From: Sandaracinaceae bacterium
GTDB lineage: Bacteria > Myxococcota_A > Polyangia > Polyangiales > JAFGIB01
Direction of reading: 5' to 3'
Length of the DNA stretch: 64,000 nucleotides
NCBI GenBank assembly: GCA_017881055.1
Contig: JADGRF010000016.1
Span: 1,873-65,872 of the forward strand
The position numbers were made by a program, and so were the translations under genes. The notes beneath the pieces are model-generated. The model was not told the DNA's origin. It worked only from the letters and a program-made list of their open reading frames with translations, and ran no database searches. This document shows, piece by piece, positions 45,334 to 54,888 of this stretch. Numbering within the stretch: the stretch's first letter is position 1; the number at the start of each line of letters is the position of its first letter.

Positions 45334-46416
45334 CTAGACCGCGACTGCGCGGTCGCCACCGCCCCGCTTGGCGGCATAGACGCCTTCATCGGCTCGCCGC
45401 ACCAGACTGGCGGCGTCGTCGTCGGGCCGCGCGGTGGCGATGCCTACGCTGGCCGTCACGGGCATCGCCGGGAAGGTCTCGCGGCCGACGTCGCGGGCGT
45501 GGTCGACGATGCGCGCCGCCACGGCCTGGCAGCCCTCGGGTCCGGTGTCCGGCAGCAGCACCACGAACTCGTCGCCACCGTAGCGGGCGACCACGTCGGA
45601 CCTGCGGGTGGCGCGAATCAACGCATCGGCCACGGCTTGCAAGACGTTGTCGCCTGCGCTGTGGCCTTCCTCGTCGTTCACGCGCTTGAAGCCGTCGAGG
45701 TCGATCATGAGCAGCATCAGCTTGCCGCCGCGCTTCACGCGCGCGAGCTCGGCGTCGAGGCGGGCGTGCATGTAGCGACGGTTGTACAGCACCGTCAGCT
45801 CGTCCCGCTGACTCAGGTCGCGCAGGCGGGTGTTGGCGTTGCGCAGCGCGGAGATCAACTGGCTCACGAAGCGTGTAGTGGCAAGGATCGCGATCACCAC
45901 GGTCAGCGTGGAGAAGAACCGCAGCGTGTTGGAGGGCGGCGGCGAGCCCGGCAACGCGGGTGCGAACGGCAGCACGCGGAACGCTTCCAGCACCTGCAGC
46001 ACGACGTATGCCGAGGCTGCGAGCGTCGCCAGCGTCATCGAGACGCGCTTGCGCGACGTGGTCGTGGCGAAGACGATCGGGATCAGCAGATACAGGAAGC
46101 TGAGCACCGTCTCGGTGCTACCTAGCAGGTGCACGAGGAAGGTGACGAACGCCACGTCGAGCGTTCCCATCGCGACCACGACCCACGTCTTGCGCACGCG
46201 GCTGCGGATCACGAGCTGCAGCACGACGCTCGCGACGAGGTTCGCGACGAACACCGGAAGGTACGACGCGAGCGCCGGGATGAAGTAGCCGGCGACCACG
46301 CCTTGCAGCGCGAACACGATGCGTAGAAGGCCGGCCCGGAAGCTGTTCCACAGATAACGCCTGCTCTCGATCATACCGACGCGCGGTGCGAGAGGCTGTG
46401 AGTCATCTGCGGCCAT
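45334..46416 (-). CDS. Membrane-anchored diguanylate cyclase (GGDEF)
   Basis: ORF 45334..46584, start ATG 46416 or 46374. About 5-6 TM helices. Contains DELTVLYNRRY, IDLDGFKRVND and ARYGGDEFVVLL. Confidence 0.85.
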   Translation of the reverse strand: MAADDSQPLAPRVGMIESRRYLWNSFRAGLLRIVFALQGVVAGYFIPALASYLPVFVANLVASVVLQLVIRSRVRKTWVVVAMGTLDVAFVTFLVHLLGSTETVLSFLYLLIPIVFATTTSRKRVSMTLATLAASAYVVLQVLEAFRVLPFAPALPGSPPPSNTLRFFSTLTVVIAILATTRFVSQLISALRNANTRLRDLSQRDELTVLYNRRYMHARLDAELARVKRGGKLMLLMIDLDGFKRVNDEEGHSAGDNVLQAVADALIRATRRSDVVARYGGDEFVVLLPDTGPEGCQAVAARIVDHARDVGRETFPAMPVTASVGIATARPDDDAASLVRRADEGVYAAKRGGGDRAVAV

Positions 46417-46495
46417 TCTGTGCGGCGTGTCCCCCGGGTCGCGTGAAGCCACAGCATACTGCGGGCACGGCTTCCTTTTACAGAGGGGGCTGCCT

Positions 46496-48019
46496 ATGCT
46501 GCCGCCACAAGCCGACGAAGCCGACGAAGCCAACGAGGCGACCATGCGCGACGAGAGGCCGGGGGCCAAGAACGAGGACACCACGACCCGCGTCGAGCTC
46601 GCGGCCGCGCCTGCCGCGGCCGATGGCAGGCGCGGCGCCGAGCCGGAGGCTCAGACCACGGTGCGGTGTGCGTTCCCCGAGCAAGCCGCAGCCACGCTGC
46701 GCTTGCCTGGCAACGGCAATGCAAACGCAGCGCCTGCTGTGCTGCCGACGCAGCGCTTCGAGGACCGCGGCGAGATCGCCCGCGGCGGCATGTCTTCGGT
46801 GCGCGCCGTCTTCGACAAGGTGATCCTGCGCGAAATTGCGATGAAAGAGCTGGCGCCGGAACGCACGATCGACGAGCTCTCGCGCTTCATCGAGGAAGCC
46901 CAGATCACCGGCCAGCTCGACCACCCGAACATCGTGCCCGTGCACGATCTCGAGATGGACGAACAGGGCCTGCCCACGCGCTTCACGATGAAGCTCGTGC
47001 GCGGCCAGACGCTCTTTCGGTACTTGAGCGATCGGGAGAACCGCGAGCTCAGCAGCGACGAGCTGGAAGAACTCCTGCGTGCATTTCTGAAGATCTGCGA
47101 CGCGATCGCCTTCGCCCACAGCCGCGGCGTGATTCACCGCGACCTCAAGCCGAGCAACATCATGATCGGCACGCACGGCCAGGTCTACGTAATGGACTGG
47201 GGCATCGCGCTCTTACGCGCGTCTCGGCACCAAGACACACGCCCTTCGGAGAGTCCGCCCGCAGAGCCGCCCACCGTGCACCGTTCGCCGGACACGCTAC
47301 CCGAAGCCGCCGGCACGTTGTCGGGCACACCTTCGTACATGGCGCCCGAACAAGCTCATGCGCGCACCGACCAGATCGACGAGCGCACCGACGTCTACGG
47401 CTTGGGCGGCCTGCTCTACTCGATCCTCACGGCGCGCGCACCGCACGAAGGCAAAGACGCGCACGACGACCTGCGCTTGGCGCGCCTCGGCGAGGTGCCG
47501 CCACCCGGTGAAGTCGCACCACACCGGCAACTGCCACCGCTCTTGTGTCGGATCGCGATGAAGGCGCTGTCCGCAGAGCCCGCGCAGCGCTACGCCAGCG
47601 TCGACGAGCTCAAGCGCGAGGTCGAGCACTTCCTGCGCGGCGGCGGCTGGTTCGCGCAGAAGCGCTTCGAGCCGGGCGCCGTGATCGTACGTGAAGGCGA
47701 CGACGCCGACGCAGCCTACGTCGTGCTCGAAGGACAGTGCGAGCTCTCGCGGCTGGTCGACGGACGTCGGCAATTCGTGCGGCTCTTGGCTCCGGGCGAT
47801 GTGTTCGGCGAGACCGCGATCTTCGGCTCGTCCAAGCGCAGCGCCACGATCACCGCGCAGAGCGCGGTCACGACCTTGGTCATCACCCGCGCGACGCTGG
47901 AGCGCGAGCTCGATCGCAGCCTGTGGCTGCGCGCCTTCGTCGAAGCCGTGGCGGAGCGCTTCCTCGAGCTGGACCGCACGCTGCGGCGCATGACGAGCGC
48001 GCCCCCGCGCGAGTCCTGA
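46496..48019 (+). CDS. Ser/Thr protein kinase with C-terminal cyclic-nucleotide-binding domain
   Basis: ORF 46427..48019 trimmed to ATG 46496. Kinase motifs HRDLKPSNIMI, DWGIA and GTPSYMAPEQ. cNMP domain FEPGAVIVREGDDADAAYVVLEG...VFGETAIFGSSKRSATITA. Confidence 0.85.
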   Translation: MLPPQADEADEANEATMRDERPGAKNEDTTTRVELAAAPAAADGRRGAEPEAQTTVRCAFPEQAAATLRLPGNGNANAAPAVLPTQRFEDRGEIARGGMSSVRAVFDKVILREIAMKELAPERTIDELSRFIEEAQITGQLDHPNIVPVHDLEMDEQGLPTRFTMKLVRGQTLFRYLSDRENRELSSDELEELLRAFLKICDAIAFAHSRGVIHRDLKPSNIMIGTHGQVYVMDWGIALLRASRHQDTRPSESPPAEPPTVHRSPDTLPEAAGTLSGTPSYMAPEQAHARTDQIDERTDVYGLGGLLYSILTARAPHEGKDAHDDLRLARLGEVPPPGEVAPHRQLPPLLCRIAMKALSAEPAQRYASVDELKREVEHFLRGGGWFAQKRFEPGAVIVREGDDADAAYVVLEGQCELSRLVDGRRQFVRLLAPGDVFGETAIFGSSKRSATITAQSAVTTLVITRATLERELDRSLWLRAFVEAVAERFLELDRTLRRMTSAPPRES

Positions 48020-48040
48020 ATCAACCGGGCGTGCCCGGAT

Positions 48041-48430
48041 CTACGCGCCGACGCCCAAGCGCTTCCACAGCCAGGCGTTCTTGCGATTCAGGATGCGTAG
48101 CTCGCGGCACAGCTGCACCACCGACGCTACCGACCGCTGCACGTTTGCCTTGTGCGCGGGGTTGTCCATGAACGCCTCCCGGATCACGGCGCTCGGAATC
48201 TGGTAGCGGCGAATGAGCGTGCCCGAGGGCTCCAGCATCATGCGCGCCATCTCCCTCAGGATGAAAGGCGCGGCGATGCCGAGACGAATCCGCTTCGCTT
48301 TCGAGAGCCGCGGCACACGCTCTTCGAGAAAGTTGCGTGCGAAGCACAGATGCCGCGCTTCCTCGGTGATGTGGATCGACGAGACTGTCAACAAGATCCC
48401 GGACGCATCGGCTATCGTCGACTGCGAACC
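48041..48430 (-). pseudogene. C-terminal remnant of an AurF-like diiron oxygenase
   Basis: Only the last ~115-130 codons of ORF 48041..48682 look protein-like (SSIHITEEARHLCFARNFLEE ... to the stop). The remaining ORF is antisense to the convincing PaaI gene. My recollection is that full-length family members are ~300 aa with two ExxH motifs; only one is present here. Confidence 0.45.
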
Positions 48431-48442
48431 TGAGAGGCCAAC

Positions 48443-48892
48443 ATGAGCGACGCACGCAGCCCGGAGAAGCTGAGAGAGAAATTGATCGCCTTCGCGCGCG
48501 ATTTCCCTTTCTTCCAGTTGGTCGGGTACAGCGTGCTGGACTGCGGCCCAACCTGGGCCAAGTGCCAGCTGACGTGCCGGGACGAGCTCAAGAATCCCAA
48601 CGGGGTGCTGCACGGCGGTGTGATCGCCACGCTGATCGACGCGAGCATCACCCAAGCGATGCTCATGACCGACGAGTACCAAGTGGTGCGCGACACGCGC
48701 GGCTTGCTCACCACGATCGATCTACGCGTGAAGTATCTGCGCCCGGTCGCGGGAGGCACACTGCACTGCGATGCCACGATCGCGCACCTCGGCAAGCGCG
48801 TGATCCACGCGCAGGCGACTGTGCGCGATGACGCCGGCAAAGACATCGCGCTCGGGGACGCGACGCTGATGATCGTGCCGGGGAAGGCGTAA
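48443..48892 (+). CDS. PaaI-family hot-dog thioesterase
   Basis: NPNGVLHGGVIATLIDASITQA, with a C-terminal GKRVIHAQATVRDDAGKDIALGDATLMIV. Confidence 0.85.
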   Translation: MSDARSPEKLREKLIAFARDFPFFQLVGYSVLDCGPTWAKCQLTCRDELKNPNGVLHGGVIATLIDASITQAMLMTDEYQVVRDTRGLLTTIDLRVKYLRPVAGGTLHCDATIAHLGKRVIHAQATVRDDAGKDIALGDATLMIVPGKA

Positions 48893-48912
48893 GCGCTCCC
48901 GCACGCGTCACG

Positions 48913-49773
48913 TCAGTCACGTCGCTGCCAGGTCAGCGCGTCGTACGCGGTCATCAGCCGCTCGACCACGTCGGAAGGACGGGTGTTTCCGATCAGCTCT
49001 CCGTCCAAGCTCTTCACACGCACGATGCCCGCGCCCGTGCCCGTGAGGAACGCCTCATCCGCGGAGAACAGGTCCATGCGACCGAGCGTCTTCTCTTCGG
49101 CGTGCAACCCGGCGCGACGCGCGAGCTCGAGCACAGCCGTACGCGTGATGCCATCGAGCGCCCCGTCGGTGGTGGGCGGCGTGAGCACGCGGTCGCCCTG
49201 CACCACGAACACGTTCGCGACGCTGGCTTCGGCGATCGTGCCGTGCTGGTTGAGCATCAGCGCTTCGTCGGCATTGCGCTGCCGACACTCGATGCGGGCC
49301 AACGCGTTGTTCAAGTAATTGAGGCTCTTCACGCGCGGATCGAGCACGTCGGACGTCGGCCTGCGCGTGCTGACCGTGGCGAGCGAGACGCCACTCTTGC
49401 GCTTGTCCTCGGGAAAGATCTGCACGCGGTCGACGATGCAGATCACACGCGGCGTAGGACAGCTGATCGGATCCACGCCGAGCGCACCGTCACCGCGCGT
49501 CACGATCAAGCGCACGTACACATCTGGCGCGCCAAACGCGTTCACGGTGGTGGCGACGGCTTCACGCAAGCTCGGCAGGCCGCCCGGCAAGTGCAAGTGC
49601 ACCGCGCGCAGCCCGTGCGACAAGCGCAACAAGTGTTCTTCGAGCAGAAACGGCGACGTCCCGAACACACGGATGCCTTCGAATACTCCGTCGCCGTAGA
49701 GCAGACCGTGATCCACGACCGGAATGCGCCCCGCTTTGCCGTCGAACAACTCGCCGTCGATGAAGACCTTCAT
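48913..49773 (-). CDS. ilvE: Class IV aminotransferase (branched-chain amino-acid aminotransferase-like)
   Basis: ORF 48913..49950 trimmed to ATG 49773 (ATGA overlap with the IclR stop). HGLLYGDGVFEGIRVF, RVKSLNYLNNALA, EASVANVFVV and LDGITR. Confidence 0.7.
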   Translation of the reverse strand: MKVFIDGELFDGKAGRIPVVDHGLLYGDGVFEGIRVFGTSPFLLEEHLLRLSHGLRAVHLHLPGGLPSLREAVATTVNAFGAPDVYVRLIVTRGDGALGVDPISCPTPRVICIVDRVQIFPEDKRKSGVSLATVSTRRPTSDVLDPRVKSLNYLNNALARIECRQRNADEALMLNQHGTIAEASVANVFVVQGDRVLTPPTTDGALDGITRTAVLELARRAGLHAEEKTLGRMDLFSADEAFLTGTGAGIVRVKSLDGELIGNTRPSDVVERLMTAYDALTWQRRD

Positions 49774-50516
49774 GCCTGCCTGCCCTCCAAACGCGCACCG
49801 ACCCTGGCCGACGCGCTCACCACTCGCTGCGCGATGGCCTTGCGATCGACACGCTCCGCGCGCGTCGTCGGCAACGCCGTCGCCACTGCACCAAACAGGC
49901 GCCCGTTCATGAACACCGGCGCCGCCACGACGAACATGCCCTCGATCCACTCGCCTAGGTTCTCGGCGTAGCCGCGCTTGCGCACGGCCGAGAGCTCGCG
50001 CTCCAGCTGCGCCTCGGGCAACGCGCGCACCGCAACGCGATCGCGCTTGCGCTCGCTCTCCGAGATCGCGTCAGGTGCAAACGCGAGATACAGCTTGCCT
50101 ACCGCCGTGACCTGCACGGGGATCGCCGAGCCCACGCGCGGTGCAGCGCGCACGAAGCCGGTGCCCTCGACCTTGTCGAGCACCGTGAGTCGGCCGCCGC
50201 GCGCGGCCACGACGAAGAACGTCTCGCCGAGCTCTTCCGCAGCGCTCTCGAGCACGGGACGTGCTGCAGCCACGAGGGGCTCGCGTTCGAGCACACCGAG
50301 GCCGAGCGCGAGCAAGCCGATGCCGGGACGATAGCGCCCGCGCTCGTCGCGCTCCACGAGGCCACGACGACGCAGGGACACGAGCAAGCGATGCGCGCTG
50401 CTCTTCGGAATGTCGAGCGCGCGCCCGAGCTCACTCACGCCTTGCGGCTCGGCACGCTCGTGCAAGTGAAACAGCACGTCGATCGCTTTGTCGACGGTGG
50501 CTGCAGTGTGTTCCAT
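49770..50516 (-). CDS. IclR-family transcriptional regulator
   Basis: VDKAIDVLFHL...GVSELGRALDIPKSSAHRLLVSLRRRGLVERD, plus a C-terminal effector domain. Confidence 0.85.
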   Translation of the reverse strand: MEHTAATVDKAIDVLFHLHERAEPQGVSELGRALDIPKSSAHRLLVSLRRRGLVERDERGRYRPGIGLLALGLGVLEREPLVAAARPVLESAAEELGETFFVVAARGGRLTVLDKVEGTGFVRAAPRVGSAIPVQVTAVGKLYLAFAPDAISESERKRDRVAVRALPEAQLERELSAVRKRGYAENLGEWIEGMFVVAAPVFMNGRLFGAVATALPTTRAERVDRKAIAQRVVSASARVGARLEGRQA

Positions 50517-50647
50517 ATGTCAGAACGCTAGTCAGTATCTCGGAACAACGTATCCTACCGCCGAGTTGCCGACAAGGGATCGCGTGACATGCGAACGCCC
50601 CATACTCGGGACGTGTTGCAGGGTGATTCCTTTGCTAGGGTCCAGCG

Positions 50648-51820
50648 ATGGAAGACCGGTCCAGGAGCGTGTTGGCGGCGGCGCTGGCGTTCGTGTGCAC
50701 CGCGACGCTCAGCGCCTGCGGCGACGACGCAAGTGCGCGAAACAACACGGATGCTGGGCGCGACGCAGGGGCCGCACGCGACGCGGGCGGCAAGCCCCAC
50801 GATGCCGGCCGCGATACCGTCATGGACGCGAGCCACACGCACGACGCCGCGCCTCGACCGCGCCCTGACGCGAGCAGCCCCCACCGCGACGCTGGCGACG
50901 ACGCCGGCAACGAGGACGCCGGCCCTGCGCAGATGACGCTCGCCGACACCGGCCTCTACAGCGACTTCGCAAGCGAGACGCTCGCGCCCGGTGTCCACGC
51001 GTTCGAGCCGCAGTTCTTCCTGTGGTCCGACGGGGCCGCCAAGAAGCGCTACTTCTATCTGCCGCCGAACACGCAGATCGACACGAGCACCATGGACGCC
51101 TGGAAGTTTCCGGTCGGCACGAAGGCTTGGAAAGAATTCACGCGCGACGGAGTGCGCGTCGAGACGCGGCTCTTGGAGAAGACCGCGCAGGGCTGGTTCA
51201 TGATGGCGTTCCTGTGGAACAAAGCGCAGACCGAAGCCGTGGCCGCGCCGTATGGCATGAAGAACGCGAACGGTACGCAGCACGACGTGCCTGCGAGCAG
51301 CGCGTGCCACGTCTGCCATGACGGAATGCCCGACCGCTTGCTCGGCGTGAGCGCGATTCAGCTCTCGCACAACAAGCCTGGACTCACGATCACCACGCTG
51401 CAGAACGCGAGCCTGCTGACCAACGCTCCCTCGCGGGCGTTCGTGGTGCCCGGCACGCAAGCCGACCAAGATGCGCTCGGCGCGCTGCACGCGAACTGCG
51501 CGCACTGCCACAACCCCGGCGGCGCTGCAGTGGACAGAGCGCGAGGCATGGACCTGCGCTTGCTCACGGGCAGCCTCGCGAGCGTGACCGGCACACCCGC
51601 CTACTCGACCACCGTCGGCGTCGCGCTGGTGTCGAAGACCGTTCCCGGCGCCACGCTGCGCATCGCCAAGAACGATCCGAGCATGAGCGGCCTGTACCTG
51701 CGCCTGACCGCAATGCGCGGACCCGTGCAAGACGACCTCGCGATGCCACCGCTCGCCACCGAGCTCGCCGATTCGAGCACCGAAGCGAAGGTCGCCACTT
51801 GGATCACGAACTTTCCCTGA
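50648..51820 (+). CDS. Lipoprotein with two CxxCH haem-c motifs (putative dihaem cytochrome c)
   Basis: Lipobox AFVCTATLSACG, then a DAG-rich linker. Motifs CHVCH and CAHCH. Confidence 0.65.
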   Translation: MEDRSRSVLAAALAFVCTATLSACGDDASARNNTDAGRDAGAARDAGGKPHDAGRDTVMDASHTHDAAPRPRPDASSPHRDAGDDAGNEDAGPAQMTLADTGLYSDFASETLAPGVHAFEPQFFLWSDGAAKKRYFYLPPNTQIDTSTMDAWKFPVGTKAWKEFTRDGVRVETRLLEKTAQGWFMMAFLWNKAQTEAVAAPYGMKNANGTQHDVPASSACHVCHDGMPDRLLGVSAIQLSHNKPGLTITTLQNASLLTNAPSRAFVVPGTQADQDALGALHANCAHCHNPGGAAVDRARGMDLRLLTGSLASVTGTPAYSTTVGVALVSKTVPGATLRIAKNDPSMSGLYLRLTAMRGPVQDDLAMPPLATELADSSTEAKVATWITNFP

Positions 51821-51849
51821 CGCCCTGAGCCCTAGAGGAGAGCTTGCGT

Positions 51850-53331
51850 ATGCGAACCCTCATGCAGACCTTGATGTGTGCCGCGTGCGGCAGCCTGTTG
51901 GTCTTGTCTGCGTGCAGCAGCAAGAGCAAGCACGGAACCGGGAGCACGGGCCAAGGCGGAAGTGGCGGCAGCGTTTCAGCTGACGCGGGAAGACACGACA
52001 GCGGGCTGAAGCAGGACGCGGGCAGCACGACCGTCGGCAGCCACGACGCGGGAAAGGCCGCCGACGCAGGCCCACCCGACGCCGGTGGCTCGACTGACGC
52101 CGGTCACGATGCCGGCCCCGCGCTGCTCACGTGCCAAGCTCCGAAGCCAGCGACCAACGCGGGCAACACCTGCCCCTCGGGCGCGCCCGTCGCGCTCAAA
52201 GCAACGTCGGTCGGCACCGGTTTCAACGTGCCCCTCTTGGTCACGCACTCGCCCAACGATCCCGCCAAGCGCTTGTTCGTCGTGGAGCGCTTCGGAAAAA
52301 TTCGCATCATCAAGAACGGGGCGACGCTGAGTAAGCCGTTCATCGACCTCTCGAAGGCCGTGGTGAGCGGTCAGAACGAGCAAGGGTTGCTCGGCTTGGC
52401 GTTCGATCCGAACTTCGAGACCACCGGTCGGTTCTTCGTGAACTACATCGGGCAAAACGGCGGTCTCGGGACGCAGAGCGTCGTCGAGTCCTACACGATC
52501 TCGAGCGATGCGGACGTCGCCGATACGACCTCGCCGAAACCGCTGCTCACGCTCGAGGATCCCGAGTCGAACCACAACGGCGGCATGCTCGCGTTCGGTC
52601 CGGACGCGTGCTTGTACATCTCCGACGGCGACGGCGGTGGCCACGACGATCAACACAGCAACAACGGGCCCGACGGAAACGGCCAGAGCTTGTCCACGGG
52701 CCTCGGGAAGATCCTGAGGGTCGACGTCGATCACGTGAACAAGGTGCCGAAAGGCAATGTCACCGGCGCAACCGTGCCGTGGATCTGGGACTTCGGCATG
52801 CGCAATCCGTGGCGCTTCAGCTTCGATCGCCAGACCGGCGACCTATACATCGGTGACGTGGGCCAGGACCAATGGGAAGAGATCGACGTGGAAGCGCGTG
52901 GCCACGGGCGCAACAACTACGGTTGGCGCTTCATCGAAGGCAAGAACCACTGCGACGGGGATCTCGACACGGCGCCGCTGCCAACCACGTGTCCCGTCGG
53001 AGCCACCGGCACGGCGGCGCACCCCGTCACCGACTTCGTCCCGCCGATCCACGACTACTACCACAAGAACGGGAACAACTGCGTCATCGGCGGCTACGTG
53101 TATCGCGGTGCGAACATCCCGTCGCTCAACGGGTATTACCTGTTCGGCGACAACGGCAGCAGTCACATCTGGGCGCTCGTGTGGAACGGCAGCGCGGCTT
53201 GTGCAGCACCGATCGATCTCAGCTCGCAGCTCAACGTCACTGGCGGCGTCACGTCGTTCGGTGAAGACGTCGACGGCGAGCTGTACGTGACCACGGGCAG
53301 CGGCAACGTGTACCGGATCGACGCAAAGTAG
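51850..53331 (+). CDS. PQQ-dependent soluble sugar (glucose/sorbosone) dehydrogenase-like beta-propeller lipoprotein
   Basis: ORF 51844..53331, ATG 51850 with AGGAG 9 nt upstream. Lipobox LLVLSACSS. Contains RLFVVERFGKIRII, EQGLLGLAFDPNF, NHNGGMLAFGPD, LYISDGDGG and FGMRNPWRFSFD. Confidence 0.8.
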   Translation: MRTLMQTLMCAACGSLLVLSACSSKSKHGTGSTGQGGSGGSVSADAGRHDSGLKQDAGSTTVGSHDAGKAADAGPPDAGGSTDAGHDAGPALLTCQAPKPATNAGNTCPSGAPVALKATSVGTGFNVPLLVTHSPNDPAKRLFVVERFGKIRIIKNGATLSKPFIDLSKAVVSGQNEQGLLGLAFDPNFETTGRFFVNYIGQNGGLGTQSVVESYTISSDADVADTTSPKPLLTLEDPESNHNGGMLAFGPDACLYISDGDGGGHDDQHSNNGPDGNGQSLSTGLGKILRVDVDHVNKVPKGNVTGATVPWIWDFGMRNPWRFSFDRQTGDLYIGDVGQDQWEEIDVEARGHGRNNYGWRFIEGKNHCDGDLDTAPLPTTCPVGATGTAAHPVTDFVPPIHDYYHKNGNNCVIGGYVYRGANIPSLNGYYLFGDNGSSHIWALVWNGSAACAAPIDLSSQLNVTGGVTSFGEDVDGELYVTTGSGNVYRIDAK

Positions 53332-53711
53332 CGCGGCATTGCTACCGAAAACAGCGCGCAAGCTGCGGCGAAATTGTCACCCGCGAGGGTGATGGTCGTC
53401 CTAAGTTCAGCTGCTACGGTCGCGTTGTGTTTCGAAGGTTACGCGGTCGGTGTTCACCGAACGGCCGGCCTATGAAATACCCCGGAGTGGGTCACGTGAC
53501 GCCGCATACCGGAAACATGGAGGTGACATGTTGCGCCCACGCTCAATGTCATTAAATAACTGTAACACGCTTGTAGTTTCACCCGCGCGTAACCGCGTGA
53601 TTTTCCGCATGAAATTCGCCAGGTGTAGCTAATTCTGGGGATTCTTCCCATCCATGTCCTCTCTTAAGCTCGCGCCGGAAGTTTCGGCGGCCGCGCCAAG
53701 AAAGAAACCTC

Positions 53712-54749
53712 GTGAGCGCCATCTCCTCCCTACTCCGCTCTGAGCTCGATCGATTCGCAGATCGGCACGAGCTCACTGCCCGCGAATACGACGTCGTGTT
53801 TCTGCTGATCTCCGGCCTCAGCACGGTCGCGCAGATCGCTGAGCGCCTCGGCCTCAGTCAGAACACGGTTCACAATCATTTCAAGAACGTGTTCCGCCGC
53901 ACGTCTACGAATTCGAAAGCGGGGCTGCTGTCCCTGTTCTTGAAGGATACGTTCGGCAGGCAGGTGGGGCTTCAGCCCTTCATCAAGCGGCCGTCCGTGC
54001 TCTTGATCGAGCCGGACTTGAAGACCCGCACGGCCATTCGCGAAGCGCTGACGGCGCGCAACATGCGCGTCGAAGAAGAGAGCGACTCGCGACGCGCCCT
54101 CTCGCGCATCGCCGAGCTGCGCACCGACATCGTGGTGGCAGACCTCGCGCTGCCGGGCAGCGGCACGCAGACCTTGCTCGCCGAGATCGTCGCTCGCTAC
54201 GGCAAGCAGCCGATCGTGATGCTGACGACCAGCGACGGCACCGCATCTCGTCGCGAGTGGATGGAACGCGGCGCAGGCGGCGTCTTCGCGAAGCCGGTGT
54301 CGGTCGATCGACTCGTGTTCGCGATCCTCGAGAGCTTCGTCGACACGCCGTACGATCGCAGCCGCTTGGTGCGCGTGGAAGTCGACGTGCCGGCGCGGAT
54401 CGACGATCGCGTCGACGCGCACATCGGCAATCTCGGTTTTGGTGGTGCGTTCGTGCCGCTGCCCAACGATCAAATGGGTCGCGAGTCGTTCGTGGTCGGT
54501 CAGCGAGTGCGCGTCAGCTTCACGCTGGACAGCGGTGAGCAGATCAACACGACGAGCGAGATCATGTGGCGTCGCGCCAGCTCCAGGCCATCTGCGCCCG
54601 CAGGCATCGGCGTGCGCTTCTTGAACTTGGACGATCCGCATCGCGCTGCGGTCGAAGAGTTCGTGCGACGGCGCAAGCTGCTCGGGGTCACGCCATGGAC
54701 GGATCCCCAGCCGGCTCACCCGAAGCACCATCGTCGCGCTCAGGCTTAG
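53712..54749 (+). CDS. Three-domain regulator: N-terminal LuxR/GerE HTH, central receiver (REC), C-terminal PilZ-like domain
   Basis: GTG start. HTH: LTAREYDVVFLLISGLSTVAQIAERLGLSQNTVHNHFKNVFRR. REC: VLLIEPD...IVVADLALPG...MLTTS...FAKP. PilZ-like: RVEVDVPARI...IGNLGFGGAFV...MWRR...GIGVRF. Confidence 0.75.
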   Translation: MSAISSLLRSELDRFADRHELTAREYDVVFLLISGLSTVAQIAERLGLSQNTVHNHFKNVFRRTSTNSKAGLLSLFLKDTFGRQVGLQPFIKRPSVLLIEPDLKTRTAIREALTARNMRVEEESDSRRALSRIAELRTDIVVADLALPGSGTQTLLAEIVARYGKQPIVMLTTSDGTASRREWMERGAGGVFAKPVSVDRLVFAILESFVDTPYDRSRLVRVEVDVPARIDDRVDAHIGNLGFGGAFVPLPNDQMGRESFVVGQRVRVSFTLDSGEQINTTSEIMWRRASSRPSAPAGIGVRFLNLDDPHRAAVEEFVRRRKLLGVTPWTDPQPAHPKHHRRAQA

Positions 54750-54888
54750 TGTAAGAGCAGCCTGCGGCTCTCCGGTTGGTTGCAAGGCTACCGACGGTTG
54801 GTCGGGCGCACACGGGCGCACCTGAGCTCGGCGTGTTTGAACAGGTAACTTTGCGGGGCGTGGGCTAAAGGCTCTATGCTTTCGTCGT

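Noticed and set aside
48431-48682. N-terminal part of ORF 48041..48682 as a full-length 213-aa protein
   Set aside because: This part is antisense to the well-supported PaaI thioesterase (NPNGVLHGGVIATLIDAS) and has shadow composition. Only the C-terminal part is protein-like.
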